The notes under the pieces are model-generated. The model had not been told where the DNA came from, did not search any database, and saw only the letters and a program-made list of their open reading frames with translations. The translations under genes were made by a program, and so were the position numbers. Shown piece by piece: positions 25,743-33,247 of a DNA stretch of 33,247 nt. The DNA comes from Eubacteriales Family XIII. Incertae Sedis bacterium (lineage in GTDB: Bacteria > Bacillota > Clostridia > Peptostreptococcales > Anaerovoracaceae). The stretch spans positions 1 through 33,247 of the forward strand of contig JAITNA010000209.1 of NCBI GenBank assembly GCA_031290715.1, in the 5' to 3' direction. Positions within the stretch are counted from its first letter, which is position 1. Each line of letters starts with the position of its first letter.

Positions 25743-26285
25743 CTATTTCTCAAACGGCATTCCGAGAAGCCGCAGAAGTTCCGCCGCCTCTTCGTCGGTT
25801 TTTGCTGTAGTCGTGAAGATGATGTTCATCCCCTTGACCATATCCACCTTGTCGTACACGATCTCGGGGAAGATGGATTGCTCTTTGAGCCCAAGGCTGT
25901 AATTGCCGCGCCCGTCAAACGAATTTTTCGATACCCCGCGGAAATCCCGCACCCGCGGCAGTACGATGTTGAAAAATTTGTCAGCGAACACGTACATATT
26001 TTCGCCGCGCAGCGTGACCTTCGTGCCGACCGACATCCCCTGCCTGACCTTGAAATTCGCAACGGATTTTTTGGCCTTTGTAACGACGGGCCGCTGTCCC
26101 GAGATGAGCGCCAGCTCTTCCACCGCCGTTTCCATGATTTTGGCATTGTCCTTCGCTTCGCCCAAGCCCATATTGATCGTGATCTTCTCGAGCTTCGGAA
26201 TCTCCATCACGTTCTTGTAGCCAAACTTCTCGCGGAGGGCGCCAAAGGCTTCGTTCTTGTATGTATTCTTCAATCTTGCTGTCAT
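25743..26285 (-). CDS. rplE: 50S ribosomal protein L5
   Basis: [44 protein letters not shown]... Confidence 0.97.
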   Translation of the reverse strand: MTARLKNTYKNEAFGALREKFGYKNVMEIPKLEKITINMGLGEAKDNAKIMETAVEELALISGQRPVVTKAKKSVANFKVRQGMSVGTKVTLRGENMYVFADKFFNIVLPRVRDFRGVSKNSFDGRGNYSLGLKEQSIFPEIVYDKVDMVKGMNIIFTTTAKTDEEAAELLRLLGMPFEK

Positions 26286-26295
26286 GGCCTTCCTC

Positions 26296-26601
26296 CTAAT
26301 CTATCGAATTTCCGGACTTCTTGGCGTAGCGCACCTTCTGCCCGCCTTCAATCCTGTGTCCGACCCGGCTTCCCGACTTGGACTTGGAATCCCAGTACAT
26401 CACATTGGACGCGTCGATGGCGCCCTCGATGTGCTTGATGTCGGACCTTTCCTTGCGCGTTTGCTTCTGGTGCTTCGTCTGGACATTGACGCCCTCGACG
26501 ATCACGCGGCCCGTCTTGGTGAACACCTTGAGGACCTTGCCGCGCTTCCCTTTGTCTTTGCCCGTGATGACCACCACGGTATCGTCTTTCTTGATATGCA
26601 T
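26296..26601 (-). CDS. rplX: 50S ribosomal protein L24
   Basis: [26 protein letters not shown]... (KOW motif). Confidence 0.97.
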   Translation of the reverse strand: MHIKKDDTVVVITGKDKGKRGKVLKVFTKTGRVIVEGVNVQTKHQKQTRKERSDIKHIEGAIDASNVMYWDSKSKSGSRVGHRIEGGQKVRYAKKSGNSID

Positions 26602-26610
26602 GGGACCCTC

Positions 26611-26979
26611 CTACAGCACTTCCGGCGCGAGCGAAACGATCTTCATGAAACTTTTTTCCCTCAGCTCTCTGGCCACGGGACCGAAGATACGCGTGCCGAC
26701 CGGCGTCTTGTCCTCTTTAATAATAACAGCCGCGTTCTGGTCAAATTTGACGTAACTGCCGTCGTTTCTGCGCGCCCCGGTTTTTGTCCGGACGATCACC
26801 GCCTTGACCACATCGCTCTTTTTGACGAGGCCGCCCGGCGTAGCGACCTTGACGGTGCAGACGACGATGTCGCCTATGTTCGCGTATTTGCGGCTCGTGC
26901 CGCCGAGAATGCGAATCACCAAAAGCTCTTTGGCGCCGGAATTGTCGGCGACCCTCAGCCTTGTTTCATTCTGTATCAT
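26611..26979 (-). CDS. rplN: 50S ribosomal protein L14
   Basis: [27 protein letters not shown]... Confidence 0.98.
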   Translation of the reverse strand: MIQNETRLRVADNSGAKELLVIRILGGTSRKYANIGDIVVCTVKVATPGGLVKKSDVVKAVIVRTKTGARRNDGSYVKFDQNAAVIIKEDKTPVGTRIFGPVARELREKSFMKIVSLAPEVL

Positions 26980-26996
26980 AATGGGCTGCCTCCTTA

Positions 26997-27257
26997 CTAC
27001 TTCGCCTTCTCTACGACGCCGACCAAGCGCCAGCGTTTGTCTTTCGACAAGGGTCTGGTTTCCATGATCCTCACCTTATCGCCGATACGGCACTGATTTT
27101 CTTCATCGTGCGCCTTGAACTTCGTCGTCCGTTTGACCGCTTTTCCGTAAAGGGAATGCCGGACGAAGTCCTCCACCGAAACGGTGATGGTTTTTTCCAT
27201 TTTGTCGCTGACGACAATCCCGACTCTCGTCTTTCTGTTGTTTCTTTCAGTCTGCAC
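26997..27257 (-). CDS. rpsQ: 30S ribosomal protein S17
   Basis: [44 protein letters not shown]... Confidence 0.97.
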   Translation of the reverse strand: MQTERNNRKTRVGIVVSDKMEKTITVSVEDFVRHSLYGKAVKRTTKFKAHDEENQCRIGDKVRIMETRPLSKDKRWRLVGVVEKAK

Positions 27258-27274
27258 AGCGCATCCTCCTTCCC

Positions 27275-27484
27275 TTAGCTGATCGCTTCTTCCGCGGCGA
27301 TCTCATTCTCGCGGATGACCGTTTTGATCCGCGCAATATCCCGTTTCACATCCCGCATGCGGATGGGGTTTTCGAGCTGTCCCGTCACATGCTGAAAGCG
27401 CAGGTTGAATAACTCGTTCTTTGCTTTTTTGAGCTCATCGTGAAGCTCGGCTTCCGTAAATTCTCTGACTTTATCGATCTTCAT
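27275..27484 (-). CDS. rpmC: 50S ribosomal protein L29
   Basis: [28 protein letters not shown]...; 4-nt overlap with rplP. Confidence 0.96.
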   Translation of the reverse strand: MKIDKVREFTEAELHDELKKAKNELFNLRFQHVTGQLENPIRMRDVKRDIARIKTVIRENEIAAEEAIS

Positions 27485-27918
27485 TTCGCTTCACCGCCTC
27501 CCACAGCTTCTTCGCCCTTGGCCGCGAATCTCGTTTTGAGCGGAAGCTTGTGCGCCGCAAGCCGCATTGCTTCCTTCGCCGCCGCATAGGAAACACCCTC
27601 GATTTCAAACATCACCCTGCCGGGCTTGACGACCGCGACCCAATATTCGGGCGCGCCCTTTCCGGAACCCATCCTGACCTCCGCCGGTTTCTTCGTGACC
27701 GGCTTGTGCGGGAAAATCATGATATAGACCTTGCCGCCCCTTCTGATCGAACGCGTCATCGCGATACGCGCCGCTTCGATCTGGTTGGATTTGATCCAGC
27801 CCGGCTCTTCCGCGATCAGTCCGTACGCTCCGTAGGTAATCAAGTTGCCCCTTGTGGCGACACCCTTCATGCGGCCCCTGTGTACACGCCGCCTTTTTAC
27901 TCTTTTTGGCATCAACAT
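27481..27918 (-). CDS. rplP: 50S ribosomal protein L16
   Basis: [19 protein letters not shown]... Confidence 0.97.
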   Translation of the reverse strand: MLMPKRVKRRRVHRGRMKGVATRGNLITYGAYGLIAEEPGWIKSNQIEAARIAMTRSIRRGGKVYIMIFPHKPVTKKPAEVRMGSGKGAPEYWVAVVKPGRVMFEIEGVSYAAAKEAMRLAAHKLPLKTRFAAKGEEAVGGGEAK

Positions 27919-27939
27919 AGTTCGTGTCCTCCGATATCT

Positions 27940-28911
27940 TTATTCTTCAGCGCCGGTCTGAGCGTCTGCGGGCGCCGCGCCCTCCGCGGTCCCGGACTCT
28001 GCCGGAGCCTGTGCGGCCGCCCGTTTTGCGGCTTCCGCCGCAGGGTCTTTCTTCGGCGCCGACCGTTTGCGCGGATTGATCGCCTTTGCAATTTCAGGGC
28101 CTTGGTCCCTGCCGCCGCTGCGGTTTCTGTTACCGCCGTCCCGTCCGCCGCGATCCCGTCTGGGGCGATCGCCATCTCTGCTGTCCCGGCTGTCCCGGCC
28201 ATCTCTGCGCGCCCCTCTGTTTCGGTCGCCGCCCCGGCCCTTTTCCGCCTTTTCCTCGGGAATCTGGCTCATCAGGCCCTTCTCAAGCCGCTCTCCGAGA
28301 TTGATCCAAACCTTGACCCCGATCCTTCCGTATGTCGTATCCGCTTCCGCAAACCCGTAGTGAATGTTTGCCCGCAGCGTGTGGAGCGGCACATTGCCCT
28401 CGCTGTATTTCTCGCTTCGCGCGATCTCCGCGCCGCCGAGCCGGCCCGCGACGAGGACCTTGACGCCCTTCGCGTTGGCCCGCATCGTCCTGCCGATCGC
28501 CTGTTTCATCGCGCGCCGGAAAGAAATTCTCTTTTCCAAGGCCTGTGCAATGCTTTCCGCGGTAAGCTGCGCGTCGAGCTCGGAACGCTTGATCTCAATG
28601 ATATTCAGTCGAACGGTCTTTTTGGTCATCTGCTCCAACGCCGCTTTGATCTCATCGGCGCCGCTGCCCGTGCGCCCGATGATGATACCGGGCTTGTCCG
28701 TCAAAACGGACACCTTGATCTGATTGTCCGCTGCGCGCTCGATGACCGTCTTGGAAATCCCGGCCGCGTAGAGCTTGCGTTTGATGAATTCGCGGATTTG
28801 ATTGTCCTCAATCAGATAGTTGGCGAAATTCTTTTTATCGGCATACCACTTGGAATCCCAATCGCTGATGATCCCGACTCTGAGCCCGTGCGGGCTGACT
28901 TTTTGACCCAT
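27940..28911 (-). CDS. rpsC: 30S ribosomal protein S3 with a ~108-aa low-complexity C-terminal extension
   Basis: The S3 core runs from [13 protein letters not shown] to [11 protein letters not shown] at about residue 208. It is followed by an Arg/Asp/Gly-rich and then an Ala/Pro/Glu-rich tail ([45 protein letters not shown]...). Confidence 0.95.
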   Translation of the reverse strand: MGQKVSPHGLRVGIISDWDSKWYADKKNFANYLIEDNQIREFIKRKLYAAGISKTVIERAADNQIKVSVLTDKPGIIIGRTGSGADEIKAALEQMTKKTVRLNIIEIKRSELDAQLTAESIAQALEKRISFRRAMKQAIGRTMRANAKGVKVLVAGRLGGAEIARSEKYSEGNVPLHTLRANIHYGFAEADTTYGRIGVKVWINLGERLEKGLMSQIPEEKAEKGRGGDRNRGARRDGRDSRDSRDGDRPRRDRGGRDGGNRNRSGGRDQGPEIAKAINPRKRSAPKKDPAAEAAKRAAAQAPAESGTAEGAAPADAQTGAEE

Positions 28912-28924
28912 GCGTGAAAACCTC

Positions 28925-29269
28925 CTATTCCTTTTCCTTGAGCGTCACGCCGATGTGGCTGCTTCTTTTCAGGATCATGAACGCCCTGCCCTGCGAACCG
29001 GCTCTCCACCGCTTCATCGTGGGCCCTTTGTGGGCGTATACTTCCGCGACATACAAATTGTCGGGATTCATTTGATGATTGTTTTCGGCATTGGCCGCCG
29101 CGGATTTCACGACTTTCTCCACGACCTCCGCACCTTTGCCCGGCGTGAACTTCAGGATATTCAAAGCCTCTCCGAGATCCTTCCCCCTGACCAAAGCCGC
29201 GACCGGCTGCAGTTTGATGGGTGATATGCGGACATATTTGGCGACCGCTTTTGCTTCCGTGACTTCCAT
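28925..29269 (-). CDS. rplV: 50S ribosomal protein L22
   Basis: [38 protein letters not shown]... Confidence 0.97.
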   Translation of the reverse strand: MEVTEAKAVAKYVRISPIKLQPVAALVRGKDLGEALNILKFTPGKGAEVVEKVVKSAAANAENNHQMNPDNLYVAEVYAHKGPTMKRWRAGSQGRAFMILKRSSHIGVTLKEKE

Positions 29270-29284
29270 GATGTGATCCCCTTT

Positions 29285-29659
29285 CTATTCCTGCGCAGGA
29301 GCCGGGGCCGGGGCCGAAGCCGCGGAAGCCGACACAACGGAGCCGACGGAAGCCGTGGCCGCAAAGTCGATTTTCGCCGTCTTTTTGACCCTCGTGCTCT
29401 TGTCCGAGCCGTGTCCTCTGTATGTTCTCGTAGGGGCGAATTCCCCGAGCCGATGTCCGACCATATCCTCCGTGATGTAGACGGGAACGTGCCGTCTGCC
29501 GTCATGCACCGCGATTGTATGCCCCACCATCTGCGGGAAAATCGTAGACGGCCTGGACCAGGTCCTCAGGATTCTCTTCTCGTTGGCCGTATTGAGCGCT
29601 TCCACCGCCGCAAGCAGTTTTTTCTCAACAAAGGGGCCTTTTTTCAATGATCTACCCAT
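29285..29659 (-). CDS. rpsS: 30S ribosomal protein S19 with a ~31-aa Ala/Ser/Pro-rich C-terminal extension
   Basis: The core runs from [16 protein letters not shown] to [13 protein letters not shown], followed by the tail [31 protein letters not shown]. Confidence 0.95.
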   Translation of the reverse strand: MGRSLKKGPFVEKKLLAAVEALNTANEKRILRTWSRPSTIFPQMVGHTIAVHDGRRHVPVYITEDMVGHRLGEFAPTRTYRGHGSDKSTRVKKTAKIDFAATASVGSVVSASAASAPAPAPAQE

Positions 29660-29678
29660 GCTCTGCTTCTCCTCCTAC

Positions 29679-30512
29679 TTATTTCTGATTGCGTCTTTTG
29701 ACGATGTACTTGTTGGACGGCTTGTTTTTCTTTCTCGTCTTGTACCCGAGCGCGGGCTTGCCCCACGGCGTGACCGGACCGACGCGGCCGATCCCGGTCT
29801 TGCCCTCGCCGCCGCCGTGCGGGTGATCGTTCGGGTTCATGACCGAGCCCCTGACCGTCGGGCGGATACCCATGTGGCGTTTGCGGCCGGCCTTGCCGAT
29901 CTTGATGTTGCCGTGGTCGCTGTTGCCGACCGTGCCGATCGTCGCCTTGCATTCAATGCGGACCATGCGCACCTCGCCCGAGGGGAGTTTGACCTGCGCG
30001 TAGTTGCCTTCCTTGGCCATGAGCTGTGCGTGCGCGCCCGCGGAACGGGCCATCTGCGCCCCTTTTCCCGGCTTCATTTCAATATTATGAATAATCGTGC
30101 CGACCGGGATGTTTTGCAGCGGCAGGGCGTTGCCTGTCACGATATCCGAGCCCGGGCCGGAAACGACCTTGTCGCCGACCTTGAGCTTGTCGGGCGCGAT
30201 GATATAACGCTTTTCCCCGTCCGCGTAGAACACGAGCGCGATGTTGGCACTGCGGCCCGGATCGTATTCAATGGTTTTGACCGTCGCGGGAATCCCGTCC
30301 TTGTCGCGTTTGAAATCGATGATACGATAACGAAGCCGCGTACCGCCGCCCCGATGCCGCACCGTGATCTTCCCGCGGACATTGCGCCCCGCGTGTTTCT
30401 TGACCGTGACCGTCAGGCTCTTTTCCGGCGAATCCGTCGTGATCTCCTCGAAAGTCGATCCCGTCATACCGCGCAGGCCCGGCGTGGTCGGATTGTATTT
30501 CTTGATTCCCAT
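29679..30512 (-). CDS. rplB: 50S ribosomal protein L2
   Basis: [15 protein letters not shown]...[14 protein letters not shown]. Confidence 0.98.
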   Translation of the reverse strand: MGIKKYNPTTPGLRGMTGSTFEEITTDSPEKSLTVTVKKHAGRNVRGKITVRHRGGGTRLRYRIIDFKRDKDGIPATVKTIEYDPGRSANIALVFYADGEKRYIIAPDKLKVGDKVVSGPGSDIVTGNALPLQNIPVGTIIHNIEMKPGKGAQMARSAGAHAQLMAKEGNYAQVKLPSGEVRMVRIECKATIGTVGNSDHGNIKIGKAGRKRHMGIRPTVRGSVMNPNDHPHGGGEGKTGIGRVGPVTPWGKPALGYKTRKKNKPSNKYIVKRRNQK

Positions 30513-30530
30513 ATCGCTGTTCCTCCCTGC

Positions 30531-30821
30531 CTACAGGCCCTGGAAAAATTCGATTTCCTTACTGTTGTCCGTAAGGGTCACGATGGCCTTCTTGCTCGCC
30601 GCCGTATAGCCGACGTTTTTACCCATTCTCTTCTTCTTGCCTTTTACATTCATAATGTTGACTTTTTCGATCTCAATCCCGAAGATTTCCTCGAGCGCGT
30701 GCCGGACTTGGGTCTTGTTGGCGTCCACCGCAACCTTGAAAGTGTACTTGCGCACCTGCGCGTCGTCCATACTCCGCTCGGAAATCACAGGCTTGATGAT
30801 GATATCGTACGCTGTTTTCAT
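30531..30821 (-). CDS. rplW: 50S ribosomal protein L23
   Basis: DIIIKPVISERSMDDAQVRKYTFKVAVDANKTQV... Confidence 0.97.
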   Translation of the reverse strand: MKTAYDIIIKPVISERSMDDAQVRKYTFKVAVDANKTQVRHALEEIFGIEIEKVNIMNVKGKKKRMGKNVGYTAASKKAIVTLTDNSKEIEFFQGL

Positions 30822-31444
30822 GCTGAATACACCTCCTGGATCTTTTCGGCCGCGTCTTTCGTAACGATGAAGCTTGTGTAATTGAGAATCTCATACACAT
30901 TCATGCGGCCGACGTATGTCGTTTCGACGTTCGGGATGTTGGACGCCGATTTGACGACGGCATCGTCCTGCGCGGCCGTCACGATCAAAGCCTTCTTCGC
31001 GGCGTTCACATTTTTCAGGAAAGAAATCATCTCTTTTGTCTTGGGCCCCTCGAAAGTCAGATCCTCGATCACGATGATCTCATTTTCCTGTACCTTGGAA
31101 GTCAGGACAGACTTCATCGCGAGCCGGCGCTCCTTCTTGGGGATAGAATAACGATAATCCCGCGGTTTCGGGGCGAACACGATGCCGCCGCCGACATGAT
31201 TCGGCGCCACGCTTGAACCCTGGCGCGCGCGGCCTGTGCCCTTCTGCCGGAAAGGCTTCTTGCCGCCGCCGCGAACTTCGGAGCGCGTCTTTGCGGACTG
31301 CGTCCCCTGACGCTGATTCGCGAGATAATTTTTTACGGTTTCATGGACGGCGTATTCGTTGATCTCGATCCCAAAGACGTCATCCGAAAGATCGACGTCC
31401 CCCGCCGGGCTGCCATCCATCTTGAGCATTTTCACTGTTGCCAT
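30818..31444 (-). CDS. rplD: 50S ribosomal protein L4
   Basis: RGGGKKPFRQKGTGRARQGS...; 4-nt overlap with rplW. Confidence 0.97.
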   Translation of the reverse strand: MATVKMLKMDGSPAGDVDLSDDVFGIEINEYAVHETVKNYLANQRQGTQSAKTRSEVRGGGKKPFRQKGTGRARQGSSVAPNHVGGGIVFAPKPRDYRYSIPKKERRLAMKSVLTSKVQENEIIVIEDLTFEGPKTKEMISFLKNVNAAKKALIVTAAQDDAVVKSASNIPNVETTYVGRMNVYEILNYTSFIVTKDAAEKIQEVYSA

Positions 31445-31465
31445 TTGCTGCTGCCCTCCCTCTCT

Positions 31466-32098
31466 CTATTCCCGGCCTTTGACGGCATATCTGACACGCA
31501 CAACGCCGCCGCGGTTGCCCGGGACAGCGCCTTTCACAAGCAGAAGATTCCGCTCGGGGATAATCTTGACCAAGTCCACGTTTTGGGTCGTCACCGTTTC
31601 CCTGCCCATGCGGCCGGGGCCGGCGTTGCCTTTGAATACGCGGGAAGGATAGGTACCGGCCGCCAGTGCGCCCGGCAATCTCTTGTGTTTGGAACCGTGG
31701 CCCATGGGCCCTCTGTGATGGTTGTGGCGCTTGATGTTGCCCTGTGTGCCTTTCCCCTTTGACGTCCCGGTGACATCGAGCTTCTTTCCTACTTCAAAAT
31801 CGGCGACCGTGATGATCTGGCCCGGTTCGTAAGTTTCGCCCTCGCTGAGCCGAATCTCGGTCAAATGCTTTTTGAGCGGGGAATCCCACTTCGCGAAATG
31901 GCCTTTTGTCGGCTTGTTGGCACGGCTCTCCTTCAGGTCGGCAAAACCGATCTGCACGGCGCTGTAGCCGTCGGTTTCCGTCGTCTTGATCTGAACGACC
32001 GTATTGGGCGCCGCTTCGATCACCGTGACCGGAATCTGCACCCCTTCCTCCGTGAAGATCTGCGTCATCCCGATCTTCTTTCCTAAGATTGTTTTCAT
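31466..32098 (-). CDS. rplC: 50S ribosomal protein L3
   Basis: MKTILGKKIGMTQIFTEEG... Confidence 0.98.
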   Translation of the reverse strand: MKTILGKKIGMTQIFTEEGVQIPVTVIEAAPNTVVQIKTTETDGYSAVQIGFADLKESRANKPTKGHFAKWDSPLKKHLTEIRLSEGETYEPGQIITVADFEVGKKLDVTGTSKGKGTQGNIKRHNHHRGPMGHGSKHKRLPGALAAGTYPSRVFKGNAGPGRMGRETVTTQNVDLVKIIPERNLLLVKGAVPGNRGGVVRVRYAVKGRE

Positions 32099-32209
32099 AT
32101 TATATAGTTCCTTTCTTACAGCGGATTTCCGGCTCGTCTTTTTCGCGCTTGCCTTTTCGCATTACCGCGAAAATCCCGCGCCGGACATCATACTAAGATA
32201 CTCCTCAAT

Positions 32210-32521
32210 CTACAGCTTGATCTCGATGTCTACACCCGCGGCGAGGTCGAGGTTCATCATCGCGTCCATCGTCTTGGGCGTCGCGTGCGTCAATACGATA
32301 AGGCGCTTGTGCGTCCGCTGCTCAAACTGCTCGCGGCTGTCCTTGTATTTGTGGACCGCGCGCAGGATGGTAACGATCTCCTTTTCGGTCGGGAGCGGGA
32401 TGGGCCCGGAAACATCCGCGCCGTTGCGCTTGGCCGTCTCGACGATGTCCGCCGCCGCCTTGTCAAGAATCTCGGGCTCATAAGCCTTCAGCTTGATCCG
32501 GATCTTTTGCTGCTCTGCCAT
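32210..32521 (-). CDS. rpsJ: 30S ribosomal protein S10
   Basis: [47 protein letters not shown]... (103 aa). The start at 32521 is preceded by GGAGGAGGAAGTA. The 42 in-frame upstream codons of the tracked ORF lack homology to S10 and lack a properly spaced RBS. Confidence 0.95.
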   Translation of the reverse strand: MAEQQKIRIKLKAYEPEILDKAAADIVETAKRNGADVSGPIPLPTEKEIVTILRAVHKYKDSREQFEQRTHKRLIVLTHATPKTMDAMMNLDLAAGVDIEIKL

Positions 32522-32773
32522 TACTTCCTCCTCCGTCGTCATTTCCGCTTCGCCGCTATCGCTCCGCGCGGAATCCTCTCGGACACCCTCGCCCTCTTTG
32601 CGGTAAATTCCTGCCCGGCTGAAGCCGGGGGAATTCTCGCATGACACCTACCAACGATTCACTGCGTGAATCGGGTTAGGGGTTCAAAAGAGGATAGTTC
32701 TCAGCGGAAATTCCCCGATAGCACGGCAACCTCCCGCCTCATTGCACGCCCGCAAATTTGCGCGAGCTTGACA

Positions 32774-32802
32774 ATTATACCGAAGCCTTATTTTTATTGC
32801 AA
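32774..32802 (-). promoter_or_regulatory. Strong sigma70-type promoter of the S10 operon
   Basis: On the minus strand: TTGCAA (32797-32802), 17-nt spacer, TATAAT (32774-32779). It is preceded by an A/T-rich UP-like tract (TTTTTTGCAAAAAATCTCAAAAAAAGC). Confidence 0.75.
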
Positions 32803-33003
32803 GCTTTTTTTGAGATTTTTTGCAAAAAACCACTGCTATTTTCACCGGAAACCATTGATATTTCAAATCGCGCAAGGCCCGCCCCGTGTACACGCCGCCA
32901 CGCGTACACCAATCCCGCGCCCCCCTTGCAATCAAGCAATCTTTGAAATCACATCAATACACACCCCCATGCGTACAAGGAAGCACAAACGGAGTTTAGG
33001 AAG

Positions 33004-33057
33004 CACAAAAACCCCGGCGCGCGGACCCAAAGGGGGGGGAGGGGCCGCGCGCCGGGG
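33004..33057 (-). terminator. Rho-independent terminator (minus strand) upstream of the S10 promoter
   Basis: 13-bp perfect GC stem (33012-33024 / 33045-33057), followed on the minus strand by TTTTTGTG (complement of 33004-33011). Confidence 0.7.
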
Positions 33058-33064
33058 AATATCG

Positions 33065-33097
33065 CCCCGGTCAGCAAATCCCTGATTTGCGCCGGGG
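33065..33097. other. Second hairpin adjacent to the terminator
   Basis: CCCCGG (33065-33070) pairs with CCGGGG (33092-33097), and GCAAATC (33074-33080) pairs with GATTTGC (33084-33090). The loop is CCT. There is no U-tract on either strand. Confidence 0.5.
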
Positions 33098-33190
33098 ATT
33101 ACTGTGCCGTAGGGTTTGAATTTTCCCGAAATGACTATCCAAACCACTCATAATCTGATATAATGGATGCCAAGAGGAGGCTTGAACGCA

Positions 33191-33247
33191 ATGAATATGA
33201 TGGAGTTTTACGAGCAGTTTGGAACGGAGGGACAATGCCGCCGGCAT
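33191..33247 (+). mobile_element. N-terminus of a probable IS1595-family transposase (partial, runs off the window)
   Basis: ATG at 33191 is preceded by AAGAGGAGG and an extended -10 TGATATAAT (33156-33164). The 19 visible residues MNMMEFYEQFGTEGQCRRH resemble the start of the IS1595 zinc-ribbon transposase domain (F..F.TEE.C). This is the only plus-strand gene in the window. Confidence 0.45.

Noticed and set aside
32522-32647. N-terminal extensions of tracked ORFs: rpsJ 32522-32647, ribU 2307-2411, cdaR 8198-8254, hpf 9611-9667 and yhaM 13957-13980
   Set aside because: The internal ATGs have well-spaced SD sequences and give canonical N-termini. The extensions lack an RBS, overlap upstream genes or RNA elements, or are low-complexity.
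32885-32894. Perfect 10-bp palindrome CGTGTACACG upstream of the S10 promoter
   Set aside because: It is too short and isolated to interpret, and such palindromes occur by chance in GC-rich DNA. Noted only as a possible operator.
1-33247. Search for CRISPR arrays, tRNA/rRNA genes, toxin-antitoxin pairs or defence-island genes
   Set aside because: No spacer-repeat periodicity was found. No T-loop GGTTCGAAT-type signatures were found in the non-coding gaps. All substantial minus-strand ORFs are accounted for by housekeeping functions, so I see no hidden multi-gene system here.

Overview
This window is almost entirely conserved housekeeping DNA, and every gene except one partial ORF at the right edge is on the minus strand.

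Gene content, read in the minus-strand direction of transcription (right to left):
- A strong sigma70-type promoter and a ~245-nt leader.
- The complete S10-spc-alpha ribosomal protein supercluster: rpsJ-rplCDWB-rpsS-rplV-rpsC-rplP-rpmC-rpsQ-rplNXE-rpsZ-rpsH-rplFR-rpsE-rpmD-rplO-secY-adk-map-infA-rpmJ-rpsMKD-rpoA-rplQ.
- The ECF transporter energizing module, here an in-frame ecfA1-ecfA2 fusion followed by ecfT.
- A yhaM-recD2-comFC operon.
- hpf/raiA, then cdaA-cdaR-glmM-glmS plus an ADP-ribosylglycohydrolase gene.
- An FMN riboswitch controlling a RibU-like ECF S-component.
- A sigma-70/ECF-type sigma factor fused to a transmembrane helix and an extracytoplasmic domain.

Gene order points to a GC-rich member of the Bacillota, probably Clostridia. 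The supporting features are S4 inside the alpha operon, ecfAAT after rplQ, the cdaA-cdaR-glmM cluster and a long-form HPF. This assignment is inference.

I found no tRNA, rRNA or CRISPR array, and no convincing multi-gene defence or toxin system. The leads worth following are at the RNA and structure level:
1. A candidate raiA-motif ncRNA in the comFC-hpf spacer, closed by a perfect 20-bp long-range helix.
2. A 147-nt imperfect palindrome between ecfT and yhaM whose 12 non-Watson-Crick but pairable positions are all G-U on the plus strand, opposite to all neighbouring genes.
3. A perfect 28-bp-stem palindrome exactly at the ecfA1/ecfA2 junction.
4. The membrane-tethered sigma factor, flanked by a duplicated promoter/leader module.
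5. Low-complexity C-terminal tails on S3 and S19.
6. The start of an IS1595-like transposase next to the S10 operon control region.

The long plus-strand ORFs in the ORF track are GC-rich antisense shadows of these genes.
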